Assembly (NCBI RefSeq): GCF_003918875.1
Contig: NW_025767504.1
Location: 186,001-250,000, forward strand
Direction of reading: 5' to 3'
DNA: 64,000 nucleotides
DNA from: Haliotis rubra
Taxonomy: Eukaryota
The position numbers were made by a program, and so were the translations under genes. Each line of letters starts with the position of its first letter. Position 1 is the first letter of the stretch. Shown here piece after piece: positions 39,929 to 53,459 of this stretch. The notes under the pieces were generated by a model, which had not been told where the DNA came from, did not search any database, and was given only the letters and a program-made list of their open reading frames with translations.

Positions 39929-42554
39929 ATGCAGATGCTGTGTGTTGCTGTGGTAGCCGTTGCCGTCCTTGGCGTCGTTTCTGGGTCAACGTAAGTAGCG
40001 TCCGCCACTAATGTTATACCGAATGCTTCAGCACCATATTTACCAATATTTACCAAGACCGAGCGTGTAATGCTGTAAAACGTGAAGCTATAGATTTAAG
40101 CAAACTTCCAAGAACAATATGGTCCATCTCCCGCGCATTGTTTGCTTGTTTGTTTAACGCCGCACCCAGCAATATTCCAGTTATATGACAGCGCTCAATA
40201 CGCCAATTCTACTGCCTGTATCTATCGAATAAACTTATTGTTATCATTACGGAGAGCTGCTTCACTACTTCCTCAACCTTAGTGTGTGTGAATACAGGAA
40301 TCTGTCCACTACCTTTTCAAGAATACTTCAATTTTCAATTTTCAATTTCGCCATTTTCAAGAATCTCGCCTGACCCAAAGTTCGGTATGTTCAATTTCCA
40401 GTGCCTTTCTCTCACAGAACTGTTTCCACACAATAAACTATATGTAAATCTGTATATTGTGTCGATAGTTTGGTTAATATAATTACATCTGTGTAGATGC
40501 CAGATAATTCCTTTGCTATCAACATTTCAGAAGCACATTAAATGAATCATTATAACCTATCCCTCTTCTTTCATGATATATTCATAACTTCTATAAAAAC
40601 CAAACAGCAGTAACTCTCTGAGTATGATAACAAATGAGTTGTTACCGGGGAGACCTTATATTCGCAGTGTGGGGCAAATGGTCCACGTGGAGCGAGCGTG
40701 TGGGGGAGTGCAGTGTCAGCTGTGGGGGAGGCTCCCAGACTGTGGTGAGGACAAGGACGTGCCAGGGCGGTCTGATCTGTCGGCCCATCAACGGGGGGAA
40801 AGAGGAGTACACACAGGCCTGTAACACCAACAGCTGTTCAGGTGAGATCACCGTTAAACACCGGGTGTTCACATTCCCATCATGGTGTTGTCGACAACAC
40901 AACTCAGTTCATAGCCAATACGGTGTCCACCACTTTATATCTCTGAGGCTTCATGTGTAACAAGTGTTGTGTCATATTGGGCCACACGTTGTAACAGCAG
41001 GTGAAATTGTGCTTGTCTGGAAAAGTGATACATGTTGCGAGGTAATATACGAGGGACGTTCAAAAAGTAGGGGAAGTTAAAAGTATATCATCCTCACCTA
41101 AAAAGATGTTATATTATCTTGTCATCTGCCTTAAATGCATCAAATTGGTTTTGCTATGTTCCAGGCTCACCACCCCGATTTTATTTGACTTTTCATGTTG
41201 ACTGGAAGAGCTTGTTTTGGAGACACTACCCGTCCCCTTTCAGATGACCTAATCATGAGAACATAACTTATTCTAATGTTTTCACTTATTCATACATGAT
41301 ACCAAGGGTTACAACTAAATACTGAGCGGTCACTCAAGAGTCAGATCACAATATACTGTACACAGTGCCAGCTTGAATACTTGAATATCTGGACACAATG
41401 TTTTGAAAGATTAAAATGGGGTGTCCTTAATAAACAGCCCCTGTCTAAATATAAATCAAGCAATCCACAATCTTTGAATGTTGTGTAGTCATCCAATACT
41501 ATACAGAACATATTTTATATGATATTATCTGAGGGCATACCATTATCCATGAGGTACCAAATAGCAGATCGTTTTTCATTTTCTGCAATTTTTTACAGAA
41601 ATATTATACCCCAATATGATGTCATGACTAATATCTCGTTAATCACATTACCCACATATGGGGAATTTTGTGCTAGTGATTCCTTCAAAATAAAATGGAA
41701 GCTTTGAAAGATTAAAATGGGGGCGTCCTTAATAAAAGCAGCCCCTGTCTAAATATAGATCAAGCAATCCAAATCTTTAACTGTTGATTATGACGGGTAG
41801 TCATCCAATACTATACTGAACATATTTTATATATATTATCTGAGGGCATACCATTATCCCAGAGGTACTAAATGACAGAAATATTACACCCAATATGTTG
41901 TGATGACTAACATTAAATTTAGGATGTGACTTTGCTAATGATTCCTTCACAATATAATGGAAGCTTTTCAAACATTGGACATCGATAATATAGTTAGGTT
42001 GACTACTTTTAAAATGACCCTCGTATGCTGTACATAAATCACGGTAGTGAAAGGTTGATAGTAGTGTTACATATCCCCTGTTTCTAGGCTTCTCAGTGGA
42101 TGGAGGATGGTCTCCTTGGGTTAGATGGACCGCCAACGACGGCGAGGAGTGCTCAGCATATTGTGAGAGGGCAAGATCAGGCAGTCGAAAGAGGTCATGT
42201 GACAACCCAGAACCTCAGAATGGCGGTGCTGACTGTGAAGGAGAGAGTGTGGAGAAACGAGTAACCAACTGTAACACTCAAGGATGTGGAGGTGAGGTTC
42301 CTGTTGACAATTTGCTGTCACTTAGAAGCCAGTGGACAGTGAACAGTAAGTTCTTGCTGTTGTAATGACCAATGTGTGAAGTACGTGTTTTGTGTTACAG
42401 GTTATTGCCCAAACAGACAAGTGAAGTTCTTCCCCATCCTACCACCAACAGAGGTCGGTACTACCAGTGTGGGAACTACATTGCTTACCTCATGAAGTGT
42501 CCCAAAGGTCTCGTCTGGGATGATAGGATCTGGACGTGCAACTTTGACAACTGA
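39929..42554 (+). pseudogene. Cluster gene 4: paralog with compensated indels in TSR2 and a frameshift in the CBM14 exon (pseudogene or assembly error)
   Basis: Exons 39929-39990, 40362-40384, 40668-40841, 42097-42291 (-1 and -2 indels, YCERARSGSRKR) and 42401-42554 (C5->C4 plus an ACC duplication, net +2, premature TGA). Confidence 0.65.
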
Positions 42555-44370
42555 GACGTCCCGCTAACTTGATGTCACGTGCACATGAACATTCCAAATA
42601 AAGCAGAGTTTTCAAAGTAAAAATCGCTATTGTTATGTTTCCTATTTACCACAGGACATACGATAATATGTTTAGTATATGGTCTCCGTATTTACGGAGT
42701 GAGTCACGGATGACAAACTGGCTCAAGCTTGTGAGGGATTTCATGTGGTGCTCCTGCCCTATACGTTCTAGTCTGATGTCCATCGTGAGATCTGAAGTAG
42801 TAGTGACACATAGTCCTCGCTTTGGCTATCTGTAGAAAATAGTAATAAGTGTTTCACATTTGACTTTGTTTAGTGTTTTGTGTATTGAACAAGAAAGATA
42901 TTCACAGACAAGTTCAGGTTTCGAATCAATTCAACATTTCACCACCAACCCGATTCTTGCACATGCTTAAACGATGATGTTTTCATTGACAGACGGCTTT
43001 GTGCCTGATGAGCAAGTGTGAATATATGCCACATGTACATTGCAACTAAAACTAGGTTCTGTATGAAAGATTGTATGAGACTGGTTTTGTAAGCACCACC
43101 TTGTCGATAGTCACACAAGGTGTTTTGCTGGAAGTCACCTCGGAATAACGTCGGTGATGATGCCTTCCAATACCTGCTCACACTAGCTAGGCAGAGCATG
43201 TGTGATTGAAGCTCTCCAGTGCACACAGCCTTACCTCCGTTTGTACATGCAGAGAACACACATACGTATTAGTGTCATTCTTCAGTTAATTACAATATAC
43301 TCCATTGATAGATGAGTCCAGGCCTTTGGTCCGGTGAGCTTCTGGGTGTGTTCACGTGATGGTTGGGGATGTCACATGTCCCCACCCCACAGATGGGATA
43401 TTGCTGAGTGCAGCGTTAAACCACAATCAAACACAACATGTCCCCGACTGTCTTCCAGTCGACACGTCAAGTTACTGAGTAGTGAGACATTCGTTGTTCG
43501 GTGGCAGAACATCGATACCATGAGCTATATTGTGTCCATTTTCGCGTGGCCCGGTTTTCACGAATCATACGAGCGCCCAGTGCATTTCTGACCACCGATC
43601 TTCTACTTCTACTCATCGTCTGCCTGGTCTGCACAATCTATACCGTATACAAACTACCAATCACCCGTGCACCTGCTAGAGACACACACTTAACAGTCCG
43701 CCACTATGCGCTTACAAAACTAAGGCATCGTTGATATATATTTCCGTGACAATCACTAATTATTTAATCGCCATCGATTGAAAAATGACAGAGACTCGAG
43801 AGTTGATGTCATATCAAACAATATGGCGTCACGTTATCCAGGTCAGGTAACCGACTTGAGTGGTGACTGGTCGCTCTGATAGCCAGATTCTACTATTCAG
43901 TTTTATATATTGAAAGCAGTGACTTTGTTAGTCAATATTGTTTTGGAACTTATACAATATGACTCAAAGATCTGACACTAGTTAACTTGTCTCCAGAGCC
44001 AGAGAGGATGTAACAGACCGCATTGCTGGAGCCTCTTTTCAGAATGACAACACCAGACAGGGATTCAGAAGAATCTAATGTGATATAGCAGAACTTAATC
44101 AGCCTTAAGACAATGAAGGTAGGATTTCATAGTTAACTTCAGATCGTAGTTTGCACAAAACAGACCCGGCAAACAAATCTCACAGACGTTTCTGATATGT
44201 CTAATGGTATAAATTATAAACTATGGCACGTAAAGCAGGTCATGATGACACGAGTTTAATAACATTCATCTTGTTCAGCGACCTGTACACAAATCTAATC
44301 TTAGCCAGGCGGAAGAGGGGATTATAGCATGAACTACTATTTGACATATTTACTTCCCTCTTGTCAAACA

Positions 44371-44536
44371 GGGGCGGCGGTGTAGCCTAATGGTTAAAGC
44401 GTTGGCTCGTCACGCCGAAGACCCGGGTTTGAATTCCCACATGGGGACAATATGTGAAGCTCATTTCTGGTGTCCCCCGCCGTGATGTTGCTGGAATATT
44501 GCTAAAAGCGGCGTAAAACCAAACTCAGTCAGTCAG
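44371..44536 (+). mobile_element. tRNA-derived SINE with perfect 12-bp TSD
   Basis: Same family as the copies at 9117 and 9951. TSD TCTTGTCAAACA at 44359-44370 and 44537-44548. It interrupts a LINE RT fragment. Confidence 0.88.
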
Positions 44537-44908
44537 TCTTGTCAAACAACAACGTGTCTCCAGTTTTCAGGTAACTTCACAGATATCCATCTTTGATAGA
44601 TGATAATAAGTACACCAACTAGAGTTGAATCTGGCATATGTTTAAAGTGTTCGTAACACAATTCATCGGCACCTGGAGATGTATTCTTGCCTTTTGACGT
44701 TTTAGATTGTAATTCCGCTAGGTGGAAAGACCAATGATATTCACGAAAAGGTTGCAATAAAGATAAAGGGAAACAGAGCTTTGATCCAAGACAGGAATAG
44801 GGCATCTATTACGGTTCCCACTAATCCGTTTTACTTTGGCCCAACTTGAGGAAGGAGAAGTATGCCTGTTTTTGTAGGTAAGTACGATCGCCAACTGCTG
44901 CATTTTAA

Positions 44909-46899
44909 AGGGGAAGTGTACACGAATAAATCACATTTGTTCTTATGTGAATCAAAGTGAACTGTTTTAATTAGTTAATACCAATGTTTGAAAATATACA
45001 CTCATTTTCTTACAATGTAAGTATAACCCTCAAAATAAGTGCTCAAATGTTATGCCAATATGAGGCCTTTGTTTGCCGAGCAAAACAGGCCAGAGTTACC
45101 GCCCTTTGATTATGACGTAATTGGTGCCACTTGATTTTAAACTGGTCTCCTGTCCAGTCCCAAATAAAAAGATAATAATACTGAAATTTATCACGTGAAA
45201 AAAGTTTGTGAAGGTACGAAAGAAGCATTAGAACAGAAAATGTAAGCAGCAGGACAGATTGATCGTTTGTATTTTCATTCATAACCTCACCTCAATGAAA
45301 ATACCAAATATGTATCACAATGTTGATGTCCGTATGACATCACTATCGGGAAGCGACTTTTTCAAAATGGCGTGTTCACTGGCACGAGTACGCCGGAGTT
45401 TTCGAAGGAAATTTTCATTGTTTTAAGCAACGTATATGCATAAATGTGACATGTAAGTAGTCCGAAAATTAATTCTGTCAGTCTGCTGGTTGTTATTTTC
45501 TTTTTGTTTTCATAGGGACCAAGGGAAATAGTCAGAAATTAGGAGAAGTACCGTCATCTTTGTGCGTGAGTTTGCGTCAGTCATGGCATCATGCTTTCAG
45601 AAACTATAATATGTTGTGATGAATCTAGGAAATCATTGGAATACACCTATTTTATTTAACTATCGCTTGCTACGATACCTTTCCCATGCATGTTCTAAAA
45701 CTAATGAGCAAGTGTATGCAACAAGTAGGCGAACGGATACACAGTGTAAAATCTGAGATTGGCTTTGTTTGTACATTTCAAACAAGTGGTCCTTTCCCAG
45801 CGCGGCATCTGATGTATTTCGTTCGATTTCACTGAAACACTTCGACATACATAACCGACATACATGTGACGTGATATTATTACTCTGTAATATGGCTGAA
45901 AATTCACTTTGACGTTAATTGTGTCTGAGTATTTTCCAAAACATTCTCAGCGAATTCTCGGTGATTCGATCATCTTTACAACAACAGTAAAACTGATCAC
46001 TATAAATGATACGTGAATTTCCTTTTAAATTCAATTCCAATGAAGGTGGAATTTGATCTACAAGGAGGGACATATCGTACGTTTTATGTATCTTCGTGAT
46101 GAATATTTAGTAACAAAGTGAAGAATGCCGGCACATTCACCGATAGGAATTTTAGTAACAAATGTAAAAGGCACATTAGATGTAGTGCATATACGTTTTA
46201 GTTTTTGTGAAAAATGTAGGGTGACTATTGAGGGGGAACGACTATTGCGATATCGATAGTCTATTGCAACATACTATTGGGATAGCGATAGTCTACTGCG
46301 ACCAACTATTGCAATACTATTCTCCTTGAATTTTCTCATTTGAAGTCATTTCCCAAATAATTTATGTGAAATAAAAACAAGCTGAAGTAGTTTCAATCTC
46401 TTTTAATAACTGACAAGAAACTTCAAGTAAACAGTTAAAACATAAACTCAATGAAGCTGCAAGTCTGCACCCAAACATCTTGTATTTTGCGCTGCGCATT
46501 TATCAACGGAAGTCAATGACTAAACTATCGATAGTCACACATACTATCGAGGCATCGATAGATTTTCGCTTCTACCATCGATTAATTGCTATCGGAGACT
46601 CAACAATTACAATCCATCTATAGTTCGATGCATCGTTACAGCCCTAGAAAAATGATACTGTTGGAAAGGCGACCGACTCAGGTTGAATATGTTATACAAT
46701 TGGTTACGCGGTAACACTTTTAGTACAATGTATACGTTTTTTCAAACTGCAACGTCATCACAGTGTGGAACTGACCACATAGCCAGCTGACGGCCAGGAT
46801 AACAGGTGGACTAAAACAGTAGCCTGCGCATCGAGACACAAGAACCACACCTATAACTGCACCACGTGAAATGGGTTAATTTTCGTGTACACTTGCCCT
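44909..46899. mobile_element. Non-autonomous Kolobok-like DNA transposon (TTAA TSD)
   Basis: TTAA|AGGGGAAGTGTACACGAA ... TTCGTGTACACTTGCCCT|TTAA. The empty site CTGCGTTTTAATGATC is present in the homologous unit at ~29810-29825. Confidence 0.75.
46217..46646. mobile_element. hAT-like MITE nested in the Kolobok-like element
   Basis: TAGGG...CCCTA ends with a perfect 8-bp TSD GAAAAATG. Reverse-complement homology to the 14305 element. Confidence 0.78.
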
Positions 46900-48222
46900 T
46901 TAATGATCGTGAAACACAATGGAATTCAACTGTTTTGTTCCGAGAGTGTTCCAAATCAACCGGTAAGGACGTCCTGCGAAGTCTGTTATAGGCCTTTTGT
47001 CGAGCTTTATCAGTTTTTTCACAATCCTTATTCCACCAATACTGGGAAATTCGAGAAGTTGGTTTTCCGGATGCTTTACCAATAGCTTTTTCTGAGATTT
47101 GGATCAGAGATAAAGTTAGATTACAATTTGAACTTTTAATCTCATTTGTTAGCAAATCACATGTTATTTCAGTTGAACAAATTTCAACAAATTTAAGTTA
47201 GCAGATTTAAAGCTCCATCTAGAAATTCGACTTACAGGCTTTCGTAAGGGTTTAAACGATATTTCATTGAAAACTGGAAAGTGATCACTTCCCAAACTGT
47301 CATTTTGATAAACACCCCGTGTAGCGCCACCAGCAGTTGTTACGAGTTATGTCCCTTCTATGTCAATCATATTACTTGCATTTGCTTGGAACAAAACTGC
47401 GGCCCCGGGTCAAGACGATCAGGTCGACAATCAAGATCTATATTGTAATCAAACGTGCCTTACCTAGTGAGGTGCAACTTACTTGAATACCTTCACTACA
47501 ATCCTGACGTTTGGAAAATATGTCGACGCCGAGATGACGGTAAACATGCTTTGTAAATCCTGCAACAGACCGAAATCAGCATCGCAGTTCAGTTCCATTT
47601 GGTTGTGCAACTTTGCCTGGACTATGCTTAGATTCGTTAGTCCAGCCAAAACTCCGAAATTCCATATGGTTAACACTTTCAAATAATCTGTTAGTCAATA
47701 GGTCAGCATATTTTTGCAATCTATAAATATTCCCCAAAACTGTGCTGATTAATTCTCAAGACCAAGTTAAATGTGATTTCTTAATAAACAACAACAAACG
47801 CTCCAGAGGACATTTTGAACATACGCACACAGGTTTCTTTTTAATTCATTGTTCATTATTGGAGATCATTTTTGTGCTTATTCAAACAAAACTATATGCT
47901 CACTTCAGTCATTTCACTGGTACAAAACTATAAATCAGACATGACTTAATCGAGTATCATATCACCCCCTGATCGTTCCCACAGAACCCCCGGACAGTGA
48001 TCGACAAGCTGCGTGTTGAGCAGTGGGTTACGAAGTACGACCATCTTGACGAAATTAATTCAAATTAATCTCCAATGAGCCTGCTATCGTCTCAAAAGTT
48101 CTGTAAACAAGTTTCTGAGTGCAACACTACTACAGGCATTATGAAGTTTAAAGTCTGGATGAATTTTCTATAAAAGACAGCACAGGTTAGTGGACTGGCA
48201 CAACTGTCGACAACTGTTCACA

Positions 48223-51077
48223 ATGCAGATGCTGTGTGTTGCTGTGGTAGCCGTTGCCGTCTTTGGCGTCGTTTCTTGTTCAACGTAAGTAGCGTCCGCC
48301 ACTAATGTTATACTGAATGCTTCAGCACCATATTTACCAACGTTTAACAGGATCGAGCATATAATGTTGTAGGACGTGAGGCTGTAGACTTAAGGAAACT
48401 TCACAGAACCATATGGTCCATCTCCCGCGCATTGTTGGCTTGTTTGTTTAACGCCGCACCCAGCAATATTCCAGTTATATGACGGCGCTCAATACGATAA
48501 TTCTACAGCCTATATCTATCGAATAAGTATATTGTTATCATTACGGAGAGCTGCTTCTTACTTCCTCCAAACTTAGTGTGTGAATACAGGAATCTGTTCA
48601 CTACGTTCCAAGAATAATTCTATTGCATCACTGCTCTTGACCTTGTTCAATTTCTGCCATTGTTGGTTTTCAATTTCGCCATTTTCAGAACCCAAAAGTT
48701 CGGTATGTTCAATTTTCAGTGCCTTTACTCACAGAACTGTTCCAAACAATAAACTATATGTAAATCTGTATATTGTGTCGATAGTTTGGTTAATATAATT
48801 ACTTCTGTGTAGATGCCAGATAATTCCTTTGCTATCAACATTTCAGAAGCACATTAAATGAAGCATTATAACTTATCCCTCTTCTTTCATGATATATTCA
48901 TAACTTCTATAAAAACCAAGCAAGCAGTAACTCTCTGAGTATGATAACAAATGAGTTGTTACCGGGGACACCTGATATTCGCAGTGTGGGGCAAATGGTC
49001 CACGTGGAGCGAGCGTGTGGGGGAGTGCAGTGTCAGCTGTGGGGGAGGCTCCCAGACTGTGGTGAGGACAAGGACGTGCCAGGGCGGTCGGATCTGTAGG
49101 CCCATCAACGGGGGGAAAGAGGAGTACACACAGGCCTGTAACACCAACAGCTGTTCAGGTGAGATCATCGTTAAACACCGGGTGTTCACATTCCCATCAT
49201 GGTGTTCATGTTGTCGACACTACAACTCAGTTCATAGCCAATACGATGTCCACCACTTTACATCTGTGAGGCTACACGTGTAACAAGTGTTGTGTCATAT
49301 AAGGCCACACGTTGTACCTGCAGGTGAAATAGTGCTTGTCTGGAATAGTGATACATGTTGCGAGGTAATATACGAGGGACGTTCAAAAAGTAGTCAGCCT
49401 CACCTAGAAAAAGATACAAATGCAGCTGTTTTTATGTTTTATTTTTCGAGATGTTATCTGTCAACCTCAAGCCGATTGGTTTTGCTATGTCCAGCCTCAC
49501 GATGCCCATTTTGTTTGACATTTTATCTTGGTACCCCCCAAAAAAGCAAAATCTGCAGTAAATGCATCACAAACTTCAGGAAATAAAATACGCAAGAAAC
49601 ATTTTGAGTGTTTTTTGGATTGGTAGAAGTACGCTAAAATCAAGCTTATATATTAAAGTGCATAAAAAAGCAATTTGAAACTACAATCGCTTGTTAAAGT
49701 GGCTTCCCTTCATGTTTACTGAAAGAGCTTGTTTTGGAGACACTATCCATCCACATTTCAGATGACACAATAGTGAGACCATAAATTATTCTAATGTTTT
49801 CACTTATTCATACATGATACCAAGGGTTACAACTAAATACTGAATAGTCACACAAGAGTCAGATCTCAATATATTGTACACAGTGCCAGCTTGAATACTT
49901 GAATATCTGGACACAATGTTTTTGAAAGATTAAAATGGGGGTGTCCTTAATAAACAGCCCCTGTCTAAATATAAATCAAGCAATCCAAATCTTTGAATGT
50001 AGGGTAGTCATCCAATACTATACAGAACATATTTTATCTGAGGGCATACCATTATCCATGAGGTACCAAATAGCAGATCTTTTTTCATTTTCTGCAATCT
50101 TTTACAGAAATATTATACCCCAATATATGTCATGACTAATATCTCGTTAACCACATTACCCACATATGGGAAATTTTGTGCTAGTCATTCCTTCAACATA
50201 AAATGGAAGCTTTGAAAGATTAAAAAAGGACTGTTCTTAATAATAACAGCCCCTGTCTAAATATAAATCAAGCAATCCAAATCTTTAACTGTTGATTATG
50301 ACGGGTAGTCATCCAATACTATACTGAACATATTTTATATGACATTATCTGAGGGCATACCATTATCCGAGAGGTACTAAATGACAGAAATATTACACCC
50401 AATGTGTTGCGATGACTAATATCTCGATAACCACATTAAATTTAGGATGTGACTTTGCTAATGATTCCTTCAAAATATAATGGAAGCTTTTCAAACATTG
50501 GACATCGAAAATATAGTTAGGTTGACTACTTTTAAAATGACCCTCGTATGCTGTACATAAATCACAGTAGTGAAAGGTTGATAGTAGTGTTACATATCCC
50601 CTGTTTCTAGGCTTCTCAGTGGATGGAGGATGGTCTCCTTGGGGTAGATGGACCGCCAATGACGGCGAGGAGTGCTCAGCATATTGTGGAGGGGGCAAGA
50701 TCAGGCAGTCGAGAGAGAGGTCATGTGACAACCCAGAACCTCAGAATGGCGGTGCTGACTGTGAAGGAGAGAGTGTGGAGAAACGAGTAACCAACTGTAA
50801 CACCCAAGGATGTGGAGGTGAGGTTCCTGTTGACAATTTGCTGTCACCTAGAAGCCAGTGGACAGTGAACAGTAAGTTCTTGCTGTTGTAATGACCAATG
50901 TGTGAAGTACGTGTTTGTGTTACAGGTTATTGCCCAAACAGACAAGTGAAGTTCTTCCCCCATCCTACCAACAGAGGTCGGTACTACCAGTGTGGGAACT
51001 ACATTGCTTACCTCATGAAGTGTCCCAAAGGTCTTGTCTGGGATGATAGGATCTGGACGTGCAACTTTGACAACTGA
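48223..51077 (+). CDS. Cluster gene 5: secreted 2xTSP1 + CBM14 protein (199 aa, intact, 14-nt micro-exon)
   Basis: Exons 48223-48284, 48689-48702, 48985-49158, 50620-50817, 50926-51077. Canonical splice sites and an open frame ending CNFDN*. Confidence 0.85.
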
Positions 51078-51973
51078 GACGTCCCGCTAACTTGATGTCA
51101 CGTGCACATGTACATTCCTAATAAAGCAGAGTTTTCAAAGTAAAAATCGTTTTATTTTTTCTATTTACCACATGACATATGATAATATGTTTAGTATAGG
51201 GTCTCTGTATTTACGGAGTGAGTCACGGGCGATAAACTGATAACTTGTTGAGGGATTCACGTGGTGCTCCTGCCCTATACGTACTAGTCTGAGGTACATC
51301 GAGAGATCAGACGTTGTGGTGACACATAGTCCTTGATTTTACATATCGGGGTTGTACACGGCTTTGTGCCTGAAGAGCAAGCATGAATATATGCCACATG
51401 TACATTGCAACTAAAACAACGTTCTGTATGAAAGATTGTATGAGATTGGTTTTGTAAGCACCACCCTGTCGATAGTCACACAAGGTGTTTTGCTGGAAGT
51501 CACCTCGGAATAACGTCGGTGATGATGGCTTCCAATACCTGCTCACACTAGCTAGGCAGCACCTGTGTGTTTGAAGCTCTCCGGTGCACACAGCCTTACC
51601 TCCGTTTGTACATACAGAGAACACACATACGTATTAGTGTCATTCTTCAGTTAATTACAGGTATATTGATAGAGTCCAGGCCTTTGGTCTGTAGTATGGG
51701 TTTGTCCAGTCTTTAAGTGACTGTTAGCTCGCCCTTTCAAGATGGTTATGACAATTTGCCCGGAAACGATACACCGTCGATAGCGCTATCACTGGGGGGA
51801 CAAAGAGAAGTAGTTTTCTCATTTGGCGGGTTAGCTGCTTGGTGTGTTCACGTGATGGTTGGAGATGTCACATGTTCCCAGCGCCATACAGTTTGGATTT
51901 TGCTGAGTGCAGCGTTAAACAACAAACACAACATGTCCACGACACTCTTCCAGTCGACACGTCAGGTTACTCA

Positions 51974-52213
51974 GTGAATGAGTGAGTGAGTTTAGTTTTA
52001 CGCCGCACTCAGCAATATTCCAGCTATATGGCGGTGGTCTGTAAATATTCGAGACCAGACAATCCAGTGATCAACATCATGAGTATCGATATGCGCACTT
52101 GGGAACCGATATGTCAACCAAGTCAGCGAGCCTGACTACCCGATCCCGTTAGTCGCCTCTTACGACAAGCATGGGCTATTGAATATCGATTCTAACCCGG
52201 ACCTTCACGGGTC
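51974..52213 (-). mobile_element. Short interspersed element sharing the SINE 3' tail but with a non-tRNA 5' end (GACCCGTGAAG...)
   Basis: On the minus strand it ends GCTGGAATATTGCTGAGTGCGGCGTAAAACTAAACTCACTCACTCA, like the SINEs. ~13-bp imperfect TSD GTCAGGTTACTCA/GTCACGTTACTAA. Empty site at ~58560-58585. Confidence 0.65.
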
Positions 52214-53079
52214 GTCACGTTACTAAGAGTAGTGAGATATTACTTGTTTGGTAGCAGAACATCGGTACCATGAGTTATACTTTGTCCATTTTTCGCGTTC
52301 ACGAATCATACGAGCGCCCAATGCATTGTTGTTTCCAAACCCGTTTCCTAAACCTGACCACCGATCTTCTACTTCTACTCATTGTCTACCTGGTCTGCAC
52401 AATCTATACCGTATACATACTAATAATCACCCGTCTACCTGCCAGAGACACACTTACCAGTCCACCACTATGCGCTTGCAAAACTAAGGCAACGTTGATA
52501 TATATCACACCTATCTTTTAATCGCCAACGGACTTGTGGTATGTCTAAGACAGAGACGCGAGATGATGTCATATCAAACAATATGGCGTCACGTTTTTCG
52601 AGTCAGGTACACTTAGTTTTGTAGGTAAACTGGGATGTAGGAAAAGTGGGACTGTAGGCAGAATGGGATGTAACCGACTTGAGTGGTGCCTGGCCGGTCT
52701 GATAGCCAGATTTTACCATTCAGTTTTATATGATGAAAGCAATGACTTCATGTGTCAATATTGTCGCATTTGTTTTGGAAAGTATACAATAAGACTCAAA
52801 GACCTGACACTAGTCAATCTATATCCAGACGATGTAACATTACTGGAGCACCAGACAACACCAGACAGGGATTCAGAAGAATCTGACTTGCTCTCAACAT
52901 GACACAAAATCAATCAGCCTTAAGACAACGAAATTTCATAGTTAACTTCAGATCGTAGTTTGAACAAAACAATACCGGCAAAAATATCACAGACGTTTCT
53001 GATATGGCTGATGGAATTGACTATAAACTATGGCACGTAAAGTTCAGCGACCTGAACATAATCGAATCTGAGCCAGGCT

Positions 53080-53459
53080 GCATGCATGCATGTATGTATG
53101 TAGTAGGTAGGTAGGTAGGTAGGTAGGTAGGTAGGTAGGTAGGTATGTATGCAGGTAGGTGGTAGGTGGTAGGTGGTAGGTAAGTAAGTAGGTAGGTAGG
53201 TAATGTGCAGGTATGTGGGTGGCTATGTGGGTAGGTAAATTAAGTATGCGGGTGGTGGGTGGGTAGGCAGGTAGGTATGCGGGTAGGTAGGTAGATGGGT
53301 AGGTGGGTATGCGGGTGGGTAGGTGGGTAGGTGCGTGGTGGGTGAGTGGGTGGGTAGGTAACTATGCGGGTGGTAGGTAGTGAGTAAGGTAGGTAGGTAA
53401 GTATGCAGGTAGGTAGGAAGGTGGTAGGTGGGTGGGTAGGTAGGTGGGTAGATAGGTAG
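53080..53459. repeat. (GTAG/GTGG)n microsatellite
   Basis: Degenerate tetranucleotide repeat directly abutting the LTR. Confidence 0.9.

Noticed and set aside
13142-51077. One long multi-TSR (hemicentin/SCO-spondin-like) gene or a Dscam-style exon array
   Set aside because: Each unit has its own TATA box, signal-peptide exon, stop codon and polyA signal.
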